Shown here piece after piece: positions 26,268 to 37,119 of a stretch of 64,000 bases of DNA. The DNA comes from Isurus oxyrinchus. Taxonomy: Eukaryota. Numbering within the stretch: position 1 is the stretch's first letter; each line of letters starts with the position of its first letter. A program made the position numbers and the translations under genes. The notes below the pieces were generated by a model. It was given only the letters and a program-made list of their open reading frames with translations, was not told the DNA's origin and searched no databases. The stretch covers positions 1,984,001 to 2,048,000 of the forward strand of contig JANJGN010000036.1 of assembly GCA_026770705.1 (NCBI GenBank). The letters run 5' to 3'.

Positions 26268-26420
26268 GGAGAAGGGATCCCCTCCATCTTAAAGGTGGAG
26301 TAGGGATCTCCCTCCATCTTAAAGCTGGAGAAGGGAATTCCTTCCATTTTCAAGATGGAGAAGGGATCTCCCTCCATTTTAAACTTTGATAAGGGATCTC
26401 CCTCCATTTTTAATGTTGAG
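26268..26420. repeat. 30-bp tandem repeat (GAAGGGATCTCCCTCCATTTTAAAGATGGA)
   Basis: About 5 units here. Also at 18720-18786, 46140-46385 and 49502-49645. Confidence 0.85.
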
Positions 26421-27497
26421 GGTAGTTCTTGCTCTATTTCGGTCCCTCTCTCTCTCTTTTTCTCCCTCTCTCATTGTATGTTTTACCTTCTCTCAAGTCG
26501 CCTCCCTGACTCTTTCTCTCACTACTCACCAAACCTCTTCTTCTTCTCTCACCCCTTCTCTCCCTCTCCCTCTCGTGCCATCCCTCTTCTCTCTCTCCCC
26601 TGTCTGTTTCTTTCACTCTCTCATCCCAACACATTTCCTCTCTTTCGCCCTGACTATGTCTCTATCTCTCTATTTCTCTCTCTTGCTCTGTCTCTGTGTG
26701 TGTCTCTCTCTCTCTTCCTCTTGCCCAATTTTTCGTTCACATCGCATCTCTTTTTCTCTCTTGCATCTCTCTCTGTCTCTCCCTGCCTCTTGCCCCTTTC
26801 CCCTCTCTCACTCCTGCTCTGTCTCTCTCTCTCTCTCACCCTGTCTCATGCCTTCTCTCTATCCAGCCCCATTTCTCTGCCACCCTCTACCCCTTAATTC
26901 TGTTTCTCTTTCTAGCTCAACTCACTCCTTTAGCTATCAAACCTTCCCCTCCATCTGTCTCTCTCTCTCACCACATCTCTTCTTCTGTCACTTAGTCACC
27001 TCTCTTTATCTCTCTCCTTCACCCCGTCTCTCTGCCTCCCTTTACCTCTCAACCAGTCTCTCTATCACTCTTCCTCTGGCCCTGTCTCCCTCTCTTTCTT
27101 GCCCATTCTCTCTCTGTTTCTCTCTTTCTTTCTCCCTCTCCCTTTCCCTGTCCCTTTTAATCGAAAATTGGATGTGAAGCTGAAGAGAAAATATTTTCAG
27201 GGTGACAGAGAAATGGCGGAAGAGTGCATTGTACAGTATGTGTGAGTGTGTCTCTGTGAGTGTGTATATGTGTCTGCCAGTGCGTGTCTGTTTATATGCA
27301 TCTGCATGTGCCACTGTGTCTGTCTGTGGGTGTGTGTGTGCGTGTGTGTGTGTCTGTGGGTGTCTGTGTGTGTCTGTCTTTTTGTGTCTGTCGTGTCTTC
27401 TGACGTATCTCCCAGTCTCCTGTCACTTCCTGCCCTGCCTGCTGAAGACATCTAAATAATTCAGTTTAAACACAACCTCATTTCCCTCCCTCTGCTC

Positions 27498-28022
27498 TGT
27501 ACTCTGTATCTAACCCGTGCTGTCCCAGTCCTGTGAGTGATTGATGCGGAGAGTGTCAATCTCATGTGGAGTGAGATTTACTCTGTATATAACCCCGTGC
27601 TGTACCTGTCCTGGGAGTGTTCTGAACTATGCAAGCTGCTTCTTACCCTTTGCTGTACCTGGCCTGAGAGTGTTTGATGTGCACTGGTTAGTGGCAATTT
27701 TACCTGTCTGTAATCCCATGCTGTAACAGCTCTGGGAGTTTTTAAGGGGTCAGTGTAGGTAGACATTCATTCTGTATCTAACGCTGCGCTGTACTTGTCC
27801 TGTGAGTTTTTGATGGGGACAGTGTTGAGGGACTTTTACACTGTATCGAACCCCATGCTCTACCTGCCCTGGTTGTGTTTGGTGTGCCCTGTGGAGAGGG
27901 AGATTTACTCTATATCTAATCCCATGCTATACCTCTCCTGGGAGTGTTTGATGGGGACAGTGCAGATGGAAATTTACTCTTTACTTAACCTCATGCTGTA
28001 CCATCTCTGGGGTATTTGATGG
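27498..28022. repeat. 69-bp family B array (degenerate)
   Basis: Repeated tttactctgtatctaaccccatgctgtacct / gggagtgtttgatggggacagtg motifs. Confidence 0.85.
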
Positions 28023-28024
28023 TG

Positions 28025-28620
28025 ACATTCTTACCCAACACAAAAGCATTCCACAAAGCAGGGCTGACAAAATGAACATGAGTTTCTGGGTTTCCTTGTT
28101 TGATTCTTCCTGGTCTGTTCTGATTCTCTGATAGTTTTGCGGTGCTTATCCTCCACATGAGCAGTCATTCTAATCCCTGGTACCTACTCTGCTCCCAAAC
28201 ATGGCATCCCACTACAATAAGGCAGGTGATACAGGAACGTCTCAGTGAGTGAGACATGTGAGTCTTGAGCCTGACCCAGATGTATGTGAGTGACCCGGGT
28301 TAATCTGACACTCCAGGGACAGTTTAGGCAGTTTGAGTGCATCACACCTTTGGCAGAATGAGACCTGGATTCCAAGGGTTAAATGACAAAGTGAGATTGC
28401 ACAGTCTCGGGTTGTATTCCCTGAAATTTAGCAGCATCAGGGGTGATTTGACCAAGTTGTCACACTATGAACCCTATTCCTGTGTAACTACCTTCCATCA
28501 GACACCTTAGGGAATCCCTTTTGAAAATCCAAGTATCCATCCATCACTAGCTCTCTGTCTCTCGCTCACCCTTTCGGGCTGTATCTCTCTCACTATCTCT
28601 GTCTGATGTTTAAAATTTTT
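28025..28620 (+). repeat. Duplicated block C, copy 2
   Basis: Colinear with 25575-26160. Confidence 0.85.
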
Positions 28621-29814
28621 CTCTCACCTCATTTTGGATGTGTGGGAATAGCAATTGTGAAACAATATTCTTAATCTGCTTTAATTGTATTTACTGCGCC
28701 TGTTCGCAACTTGTCAGAGACAGAAAAAAAGAGAGAGAGAGAGAGAAGGGGAGAGGAAGCAAGAGAGGGAAGGAGAGATTGAGTTAGAAATGGAGAGGGA
28801 GAGAGAAGAGGGTGAATACGAGGCGTGGGGTGAGGGGGGAGAGAAAGAGAGAAGTACACAGAGAGAGAGAGAGAGAAATATAGATGGATGGAGAGTGAGG
28901 AGAAACTTCCATGGAAATCCCATAGTCTGATCAGTGATCTCCTTCAGAATTACAATCACATCAAACAGGATTTCCCTTTAACAAAACTATACTAGCATCC
29001 ACTGCTCAGTTCATTTTGCTGAAGACTCCATCCGCCCTATCCTTAATGACAGATTCTAAAAGCTCCCCCACAACTGGCGATACACTGAGATGTCCGTGGT
29101 TACCTGGTCATCCTTTGCCCCACCCCTCTTAAACCTTTCAGGATCGGAAAGAATGTGTATAGTTCCCAACACCTCATTACATAAAGCATCGATTGGAAGG
29201 GGCGCAGTACAGATTAACCATCGTGTTAATGGGAGTCCATGGTTTAAATTACGAGGGGGAGTTACATAGTTTGGCTTCCCTGAACTGGGGATTATTAAGG
29301 GAGGATATGATAGGGATTTTGAGCATTTGGGAAAAAAAATGAAGGGATAAATAGAGAGAAAATACTCACTTGATAAGGGCCAACGTCCAAAACCAGGAGA
29401 CAAGTCTTTAAAATGAATAAATTCAGTGGGGAATTCAGGAGAAACTTATTAAACCAGAGAGTGGTTAGAATGAGGAATTCTGTCCCCAAGGAGAGGTTGA
29501 GGCGGACGCACAGACACATATTTCCCTATTTCTCTTTTATGTAATTCTATGCATTATTGCCTGAGCTGCCATTATTCTCTATTGGTCCTCTCAATGTCCC
29601 TTTAAGTGTTGGATAATAATGGAGAACTCTAACTTCATGGCTGTATTTCATGTTTATTCAGAGCTTCTGTTCACAAACAGTACATGGTCGTTGTCTAAAG
29701 AGGGAATTTATTCCCATTCTACAAGCAGAGGGAATTTACACAAAGGATACTGGGGACAATTCGACAGGATATTTCGAGTCACAAAGTCGAACACTCATTT
29801 CACTCGCTTCCGAT

Positions 29815-29820
29815 TTTATT
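29815..29820 (-). terminator. Poly(A) signal of the Ig light chain
   Basis: AATAAA on the minus strand, about 145 bp after the C-exon stop. Confidence 0.7.
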
Positions 29821-29964
29821 CAACATTCAGGTTGTTCGCCAAAACCTGACATTGCCACAGCCACTACATTGCAGTAAAAAAGAGGCACATTTTGCACACA
29901 TGGAATCTTCTGCGGAATTACATGAAAGATGAATAAATGAAACTCTAACTCCAACAAAAGTCTC

Positions 29965-30293
29965 TCAGAGTGAGCAATCGCTGAAGCTGATGGTGTTGAG
30001 AAGGGGTGAGTTCAGGGAGCCGTGGCTGACACTGCAGGAATATCTGGAGCCCTTCTTCCAGTCAGTGGCTGGGACTCTCAGGTAACTGCTCAGGCTGTAG
30101 GTTTGATCGCTGTCCGGGGACACGACGCTTGTCCTCACTCCGCTGTCTGTCTCTTTACCATCCACACTCCAGAGGACCCGCACGAAACCCGGCTTAAAGC
30201 CACTCACCAGGCAGGACAGAGTGGCCGAGCCCGAGTCTATCTCTTTCGAGGAAGGGGGGAGAAGAAGGACGGATGGCCTTCGATCCTCAGTAC
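29965..30293 (-). CDS. Ig light-chain constant (C) exon, sigma-cart/type I-like
   Basis: Acceptor cacacag|GT ACT GAG. C1-set motifs PSVLLLPPS, ATLSCLVSGFKPG, VLWSVDG, TYSLSSYL and YSCSVSH. C-terminal Cys (SDCSL*) for the heavy-chain disulfide. TGA at 29965-29967. Confidence 0.96.
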
Positions 30294-30734
30294 CTGTGTG
30301 TGTGAGAGAGTACAGAAAATATATTAATATAAAGAACACTGACCTGTGCGTTTGTGAGAGAGAGAGGGGAGAATGCCCCTTAACGTATAGAAAACGCTGA
30401 CGTGTGTCTGAGAAAAAGAGGGAAAAATCTATACTATATAGGAGGGTTCGACCTGTCTGCGTCTTTGAAAGAAAATTCATTCACATAACATTCGTATCTA
30501 TGTGTGCGTATGTGAGTGTGTGAGAGAGAGAAATAAATAAATCATTAATATATAGAACACTCTGACCTGTGTTTATGTGTGTGCGTGAGAGAGAGAGGGG
30601 GACGGAGAGGGGAGAATGTGAGAGAAAGAGAAAGAAAGAGAGAAAGAGAAAGTTCTATAATATGTAGAACACTGAACAGTACGTACGTGAGAGAGGAAAA
30701 GAAAATGCATTCATATATAGAACACTCTGATCCC

Positions 30735-30735
<1 letters not shown>

Positions 30736-30817
<82 letters not shown>
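30736..30817. repeat. (GT)41 microsatellite in the J-C intron
   Basis: Perfect dinucleotide run. Confidence 0.97.
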
Positions 30818-30819
<2 letters not shown>

Positions 30820-31566
30820 ATTTCTGTGTGCGAGGGAGTTAGTTCATTAATATAAAGCAAACTCTGACCTGTGCGTGTGTGTGAGAAAAAATCTCATTAA
30901 TACATAGATCTCGCTGATCTGAAATCGGACTGGACGTCAAAAGTCAATCACGAATCATTTTAACTTTAACTTAAATTATTGATTAATTCACGTGATCCAA
31001 CAACTTTTTATATCCATAATTCCCTGCCCAATCTTAAAATCCCTTTGCTGACATTGTAACAGTGACTAGGTGAAAAATAGTTCGTTGCTTATTAATCTTT
31101 TGGGCGCCTTGGGGGGCGGTGAAGGCTCTGGAAGAAAATCAAAGAATCAGAGGCTGACCCCTCAAAATGAGAGGTCATGCGGCTCCTCACGCCTCTGCTA
31201 GCTCTTGTAAGAGCTTTCCAAGTAATCCCACTCATCGCCTCTGCTTGCAAAGCCCTGCAAATTTTCCCTTTCAAGTATTTATCGACTTCCACTTTTGAAA
31301 GTATCTATAGAATTTACATCCACCTGCCTTTCTAGCAGCCTGTTCTTTCATAATTTAATTTATAATTTGACCCTGATTCTCTGTTTCGTTATATTCTCCC
31401 GGTGCAGTTCAATTCCAAGTCTGATTCAGTTAACAATTCTGGATATAAATTGATCAGATCCAAAATTCATGAAATGGGGATTTGACATCCGCTGGAGAAT
31501 GATGTCGCCTCTAAATTACTAATAATTGAAACAATATGAGTTTGAGAGTGAGGGGGAATCACTTAC

Positions 31567-31603
31567 TCCGAACATTCAAGGTGGTCCCACCTCCGAAGAT
31601 CCA
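31567..31603 (-). CDS. Ig light-chain J segment
   Basis: Encodes WIFGGGTTLNVR(S) with the FGxG motif. Phase-1 donor GTAAGT (31561-31566) matches the C-exon phase. Confidence 0.95.
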
Positions 31604-31642
31604 CACAGAACGGCGGTGCAATCGGATGGGTCACCTAAAACT
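31604..31642 (+). other. J recombination signal sequence, 23-bp spacer (non-consensus)
   Basis: Heptamer CACAGAA (31604-31610), 23 bp, nonamer CCTAAAACT (31634-31642). Confidence 0.85.
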
Positions 31643-31828
31643 CAGGCTGCGGGGAAAAGTACAGGATGAAATATTAATAACCTCTATATTATCACATTCT
31701 CTGTCACATTCTGCCTTTCACATGGTCTAGAACACAGAGAACAAGAGAGATATTTCAAAAATAGCGTGAAACCCCGGTAATATTCATCGTTACTGACCAG
31801 GGTAATATTGAGAACCGCTATTGAGAAA

Positions 31829-31838
31829 ATGCAAATTA
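31829..31838 (-). promoter_or_regulatory. Second Ig decamer/octamer, in the V-J intervening DNA
   Basis: TAATTTGCAT on the minus strand, same orientation as the V promoter decamer. Confidence 0.5.
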
Positions 31839-31961
31839 ACCCTTGAAATCACAGTTAAATTTCTCAAGAACTTACACAAGGAACACTTTGGAAGTTGATG
31901 ACATATTCTCGGCCAGGAACACTGCAGCTGCTGTTGTAATTCTGAGCGGTTTTCTACATAC

Positions 31962-31989
31962 AGTTTTTGTATGGCTCTGTCTCACTGTG
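31962..31989 (-). other. V recombination signal sequence, 12-bp spacer
   Basis: CACAGTG (31989-31983), 12 bp, ACAAAAACT (31970-31962). Confidence 0.97.
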
Positions 31990-32315
31990 CAAGCCTGCTG
32001 AGCTATCCCAGACCGAACAGTAATAGACGGCGGAGTCACCGGACTCCAGGCTTCCAATGGTCAGAATGAAATTGTTCCTGGAGGTGTCTCTCGAAGGTTG
32101 GAAACGGTCGGAGAAGCCGGTGCCTCGAGAGACGCTGCCATCTTTGCTGTGCTTTAGCACCCAGACGGGAGCTTCACCGGGTCGCTGCCGGTACCAGCGC
32201 ACATTGTAGCTGCCCACATTCCCGTTCTGCATCCCGCACTGTAATCGGGCGGTCTGACCAGCGAAGACTGGGTCGGAAATTGGGGACTGATTGAGGACGG
32301 GAACCGCCAGGACAC
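31990..32315 (-). CDS. Ig light-chain variable (V) exon, sigma-cart/type I (NS5)-like
   Basis: Acceptor ttgaag|GT GTC. Reads VPVLNQSPISDPV...LQC...WYRQRPGEAPVWVL...DRFQPSRD...LTIGSLESGDSAVYYC. Both Cys and the Trp are intact, CDR2 is long, and there are no stops. Confidence 0.96.
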
Positions 32316-32462
32316 CTTCAATTAAAAAGAGACAAAAGAAAACATTCAATAACCTGAAGCAAATCTGTCGTTAATACATCAATAAACATGGGTCTTAAAC
32401 CGGAAAGTTCTCGGTGTTTAACGGATTCGCTGTAATCAAAACCCACTCCTCCAATATCTGAC

Positions 32463-32511
32463 CTGTTAGATGGAGCATCAGAGCCCACAAGAGATGCAGC
32501 ACTGGAGCCAT
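32463..32511 (-). CDS. Ig light-chain leader exon
   Basis: gaaATGG start, MAPVLHLLWALMLHLT(G), 49 nt. Phase-1 donor AG|GTCAGA is in phase with the V exon. Confidence 0.92.
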
Positions 32512-32599
32512 TTCCTCTGGTGAAGCGCCAACAGCAGCCCGCCAAAATTTCCCACTGTACCGGTTGTTGTCAACTCCGAGAGCGGCTCCGGTTCCAGTG

Positions 32600-32649
32600 C
32601 CAATTATACCGGACACTCCAGCTCCATTTATTAAGCGGAATGCAAATGA
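32600..32649 (-). promoter_or_regulatory. Ig V promoter: decamer/octamer plus TATA-like box
   Basis: TCATTTGCAT (32649-32640) in light-chain orientation. TATAAT at about 32608-32603. Confidence 0.88.
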
Positions 32650-34019
32650 GTGGGAGCGGCCAGGGAAACGGTGCAGGCAAATTTACATTTCGAGGCTTTT
32701 TTTTTGGCTGGTAAAATTATTGTTAAAATGTTTAATCTGCAATTGGAATTTCCGGTTTGGGAAGATTCCAATATTTCTAAGATCTTTATATATATGTGTG
32801 TAAGTGTGTCTGTGTGTGTGTGTATAAATATGTACATATATAAATGTATGTGTGTGTGTATATATATATAAATATATTGGAAGATTAACTAATTTCACTG
32901 TTACATAATAATTTAACAAATATGCATTTGCTTTCAAATTAATATCTCCCGCAAACCCATCTATCAAGAATTTAATGCCCCCCAAGTAATTGATACAAAT
33001 TAGATTGAATTTCACTTTTAGAAAGACGAATCAAAACTCAGTGTGGAGACATTGCGATGTACACCAGGCAGATTTGCAGTCATGGCGGAGCCTTAGTGAA
33101 ACATATAATATTCTGGGGGGCAGTGGGATTTGACAGGACAGGTGCTGCGAGAATGTTTCCCTTTGTGGGGAATACAGGACTAGGGGTCACAATTTCAAAT
33201 TAGATTTAGAAATGAGATGGAGTTTCATCTGCCACCAGTGGAGCCTGGGTCATTGTCTATGTTCAAAGCTGAGTTATTTACAAGGGAGTCAAGGATTATG
33301 GGGGCAGGCAGGTAAGTAGAGTTGAAACAACAACCAGATCAGCCATGATCTTATTGCCTGGTGGAGTGAGCTTGAGGGGCTGAATAGCTGACTCCTGCAT
33401 GTGTCCTTATGTCCCAGAAACTTCTGACCCTGCCGTCATTTAAGTCACACCGGCTTTGCATGGAGAACTACACACATTAATATGAAGCAATGGAAAGGCA
33501 AACTTTCATTTTAAAATATTGTGCCAACTTTTAACCGCCGTGTAGTGCTTTAGAATGAGCAACTCAGGCTATGCTGTATCAAATTCCCTCTGCTCAGTAT
33601 CAGGATCTATAATGTCGCTTTCCCCCTCCCTATGCAGAGTTATTCAATCTCTCTGGGAGTTTCAGCTACTTAATTAAGAATCTGGTTTTCAGAAGATTGA
33701 ATTAGCTGCTTTTCATGGAGCGTTATAAAGACGCCTTCCACAGTACTGTTTCACTCCACATTGAGAGCTGGTGAATGAGAGAGTTATAAACGTTAATTTC
33801 TATCTAAGTGGAGACTGTTTCCCTTGTTTTTCCCTTTAATTTAGCATTCAAGTAACTTTACTCCATAGTTAGAAGTTAAGCTTTATTCCGTCCTTAAAAC
33901 AGGGGTATGCCAGCTTCCTGGGAGAGCTGCAGCTATCTAATTAAGTCGTAAGATTAAGCTGGAATTCAGATAACCGAATTAGTTGCTTTCCAGTGTGTGA
34001 GGACTTCCTCAGTGCTGCC

Positions 34020-36400
34020 CTGTTTGCACTGAGTGCTGCCTTGTGTGCACAGTGTGTAAAGTGAGAGTTGGTTGAGAGAGGGAATTCAGTGAAGAGGGTC
34101 AGGAGGTGATGCTATCTTTTTCTACCTTTTTTGAGCCTCCAGTAGCCGGCTCTTACTGTGGTTCAGGGACAAAAAAAGCTGACCAACGAGTTACTGGTAA
34201 AGTATTCTGTTCTACTTATTCTAACTGTAATAAATAGGTTTTGTTAAAGTTATGGTTTGGAAGGTCAGGTGTTCCGAGAGGAATGTACGTCCTGTCATGT
34301 GGGAAGTCAGGAACGCACCATATGTCCTTGACAAACACATCTGCAGGAAGTTTCACCAGCTGCAGACGCTTGGGCGCTGTGTTTCAGAAGGCCAGTGCTG
34401 ACTGGAGCCACTGCTGTGCAGAGGAGTGCGCGGGTAGCAGGTTTAGTGGGTTTATCAGGCTGCAGGTTCAGAGTGAACAGGCAGGGAGGGAATGGGTGAC
34501 CGCCAGGCAGTCTGAGAGAGTCTAACAGAGCCAGGCAGGCAGTTCAGGAGTTCCCTGAACCTACCTTGCTTCGTAAACATTTTTTTTTTTTAAATGGATG
34601 CTGTGATGGAAATGGTTTGTCAGGAATGCGATGAGAACCAAATCTATGGCAGCACAGGTGGCTGATCTACACCAGACGGGAGGAAGGAGAGTGGAAGAGC
34701 AATGCTTACAGAGGATTCTACAGCCAGGGGATCAGACAAGCCTTTCTGCAGCAGTTAAAGTTACTGCAGGGAGGCGTGATGCCTCCCTGGTGCCGGGATC
34801 AAGGATGTCACGAGCAGCAGTAGGGCATCCCCTTCTGGGGGAAGGTGAACAGCCAGGGATCGTCATCCACATCAGTACCAATGATATAGGAAGGAAAAGT
34901 GAAGAGGTCCTGAAAACAGATGTTAGTGATTTAGGAAGGACTTATAAACAGGACCTCAAAAGCAGTAATCTTAGGATTGCTCCCAGTGCCATGTGGTCGT
35001 GAGCTCGGGGATAGGAGGACAGATCGATTGAATGCGTGGCAGTAGAATTGGTGTAGGAGACAGGGAATCAGACTCCTGAGGCGTTGGGACTGGTTCTGGG
35101 GCAGGTAAGACCTGTACAAACTGGACGCATTACAGCTTAACAGGATTGGCCCTAATATCCTGGCAGAGAGATTTGCTCGTGCTGTTGGGGAGGTTTGAAA
35201 CTAGCTTGTCAGGGAGATGGGGACCTGAGGGGTAAGTCAAGTTGGAAGGACATCAAGCCCGTAATGGGAAGTTGGAAACTGGCAAGTGAAATTAGAAGGC
35301 AGGTGAACGAAGGGCAGCATCAATTAAGCTTAGAATGTGGAATAATGTCAAAGGCACAAACTTAATGGCTCTCTACCTGAATACACCCAACATTCAAAAG
35401 AAGGTAGATAGATTAAAGACTCAAATAGAGGTAAATTGGTATGATCTGATTGTCAATGCATGGCTGCAGTGTGAGCAAAATCTGGGGCCGGATTTAATAT
35501 TTCCAAGTTCACAAAGCTAATTGGAAAGTTTGTTGCGAGGAAGAGGCAAAGCAGCTTCATGATGATTTGTTTCGACTTGGTGAATGGGCAAGGACACGGC
35601 AGGTGGAACAGCATTTGGAAAAATGTCAAGTCATCTAATTTGCTTGGAGGAACAGATGTGCTTAGTATTTCTTAAATGTAAAGAAATTTGAGAGTGTAGA
35701 TGTACAAAGGGCCGTGGGTCTCCCATCCAATATGTCCCTGAAGGCTCACATGTAGGACCAGCAGGCAATTAGGAAGGCTAGTGTAATTTTAGCCTTTATC
35801 ACAAGAGGATTTGATTACAGGGGTAGTGAAGTCCTGCTTCAAATATATAGAAGCTTAGTTATATCTCACCTGGAGTAGTGTGTGCAGTTTTGGTCCTCTT
35901 ACCTTGGGAAGGATGTTACTGCCATAAAAATAGTACAAACAATGTTCACCAGGCTTGTTCCCGTGATAACGGGATGATTCTATGAGGAGATACTGGTGAA
36001 ACTTGGATTGTGTCCTCTGGAGTTTTGAATAATGAGAGGTGATCTCAGTGCATCATACAAAATAGTTAAAGGGGTAGACAGGGCAGATGGAGGAAAGATG
36101 TTTCCCCTGTTTGGGGAATCTGGAACCAAGGGACACAGTTTTAACATAACGGGGAAGCCACCTTGGACCAAATTAGGATATTTAAGTTTTCCTTTTAACT
36201 CCCGGGATTGTGGAACTTTAGAATTCCCAACCCAGGGGGCTGTGGAAGGTCAGTCATTGAATATGTTTCAAATAGAGATTGACAGGTTTCTAAATACCAA
36301 TGAAACAAAGAGATGTGGTGATAGTGTGGGAAAAAGGCATTGAAGTGGATCATCTGCAATGACAGAATTGAATGGTGGAGCAGGCTTGATGGGCTTAATC
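34020..36400 (+). mobile_element. Degenerate, internally deleted CR1 LINE with ORF1 (SGNH-esterase-like) and ORF2 ends
   Basis: ORF1 motif GEGEQPGIVIHISTNDIG. ORF2 start ALYLNTPNI. 3' ORF2 MRGDL..YKIVKGVDR and CR1 3' UTR. Confidence 0.8.
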
Positions 36401-37119
36401 CATAGAACCATTCCAAAGTTACAGCACAGAAGGAGGCCATTCTCCCCATCTTGTCCATGCCAGCCCGAAGACACCCAGGTGCCCTTACTAATCCCACCTT
36501 CCAGCATCCGGCCCTTAGCCCTGCAGCTAAGAGCACTTCAGATGTAGATCCAGTTACTTATTAAAAGAGTTTAAAGTTCCTGCCTCTCCCACCAACTTGG
36601 GCAGTGAGTTCCAGACACCCACTGCACTCTGTATAAAAAAGTACTTCCTCATGTCCCCCTACACCTTCTGCCAAATGCAGGAGAGATTTTTTTAAAAGTG
36701 CTTGATGAATCCAATTTTGGCTCAATGATGATTGGGAAAAATTAATGTCATTTCAATATGAAATGTGTGTTTTAGGGAGGCAGAACAATTTAAAATGTGA
36801 AGCAGGATTTCCGAGAGGAACACAGTGTTATTGCAATGATTCAGGGTGAGGTGTATCAGTGAATCCACATCTCTGCATTCGACAGCTTACGATTCTGTGG
36901 CATAACAAATTTATTATTAACCTAGTCAGTGCTGATGCTGACACTTCCTGACAGTCGAAGCATTCAGGACAGAACATTGGCTCTAATGCGCACTGAACCT
37001 CAGGATCCACAAGGAGATTTTCCAAAAGCAGAAGCCATCATTGAGGTACTAATGAAATACATTACATTTCTCTGCACTATAGTCCCGCAGTGTATCATTA
37101 CACAGAAGCAACTACTTAG

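Noticed and set aside
18786-27459. Long Leu/Ser-rich or Cys/Val-rich ORFs (also 46496-46972 and 49645-50217)
   Set aside because: Translations of CT and GT low-complexity tracts.
22016-28022. Cryptic RSS array in family B (GACAGTG)
   Set aside because: Lacks the essential CAC and has no nonamer at 12 or 23 bp.
30294-30480. N-terminal extensions of the C and V ORFs in the ORF track
   Set aside because: Intronic read-through upstream of clear splice acceptors (also 32316-32349).
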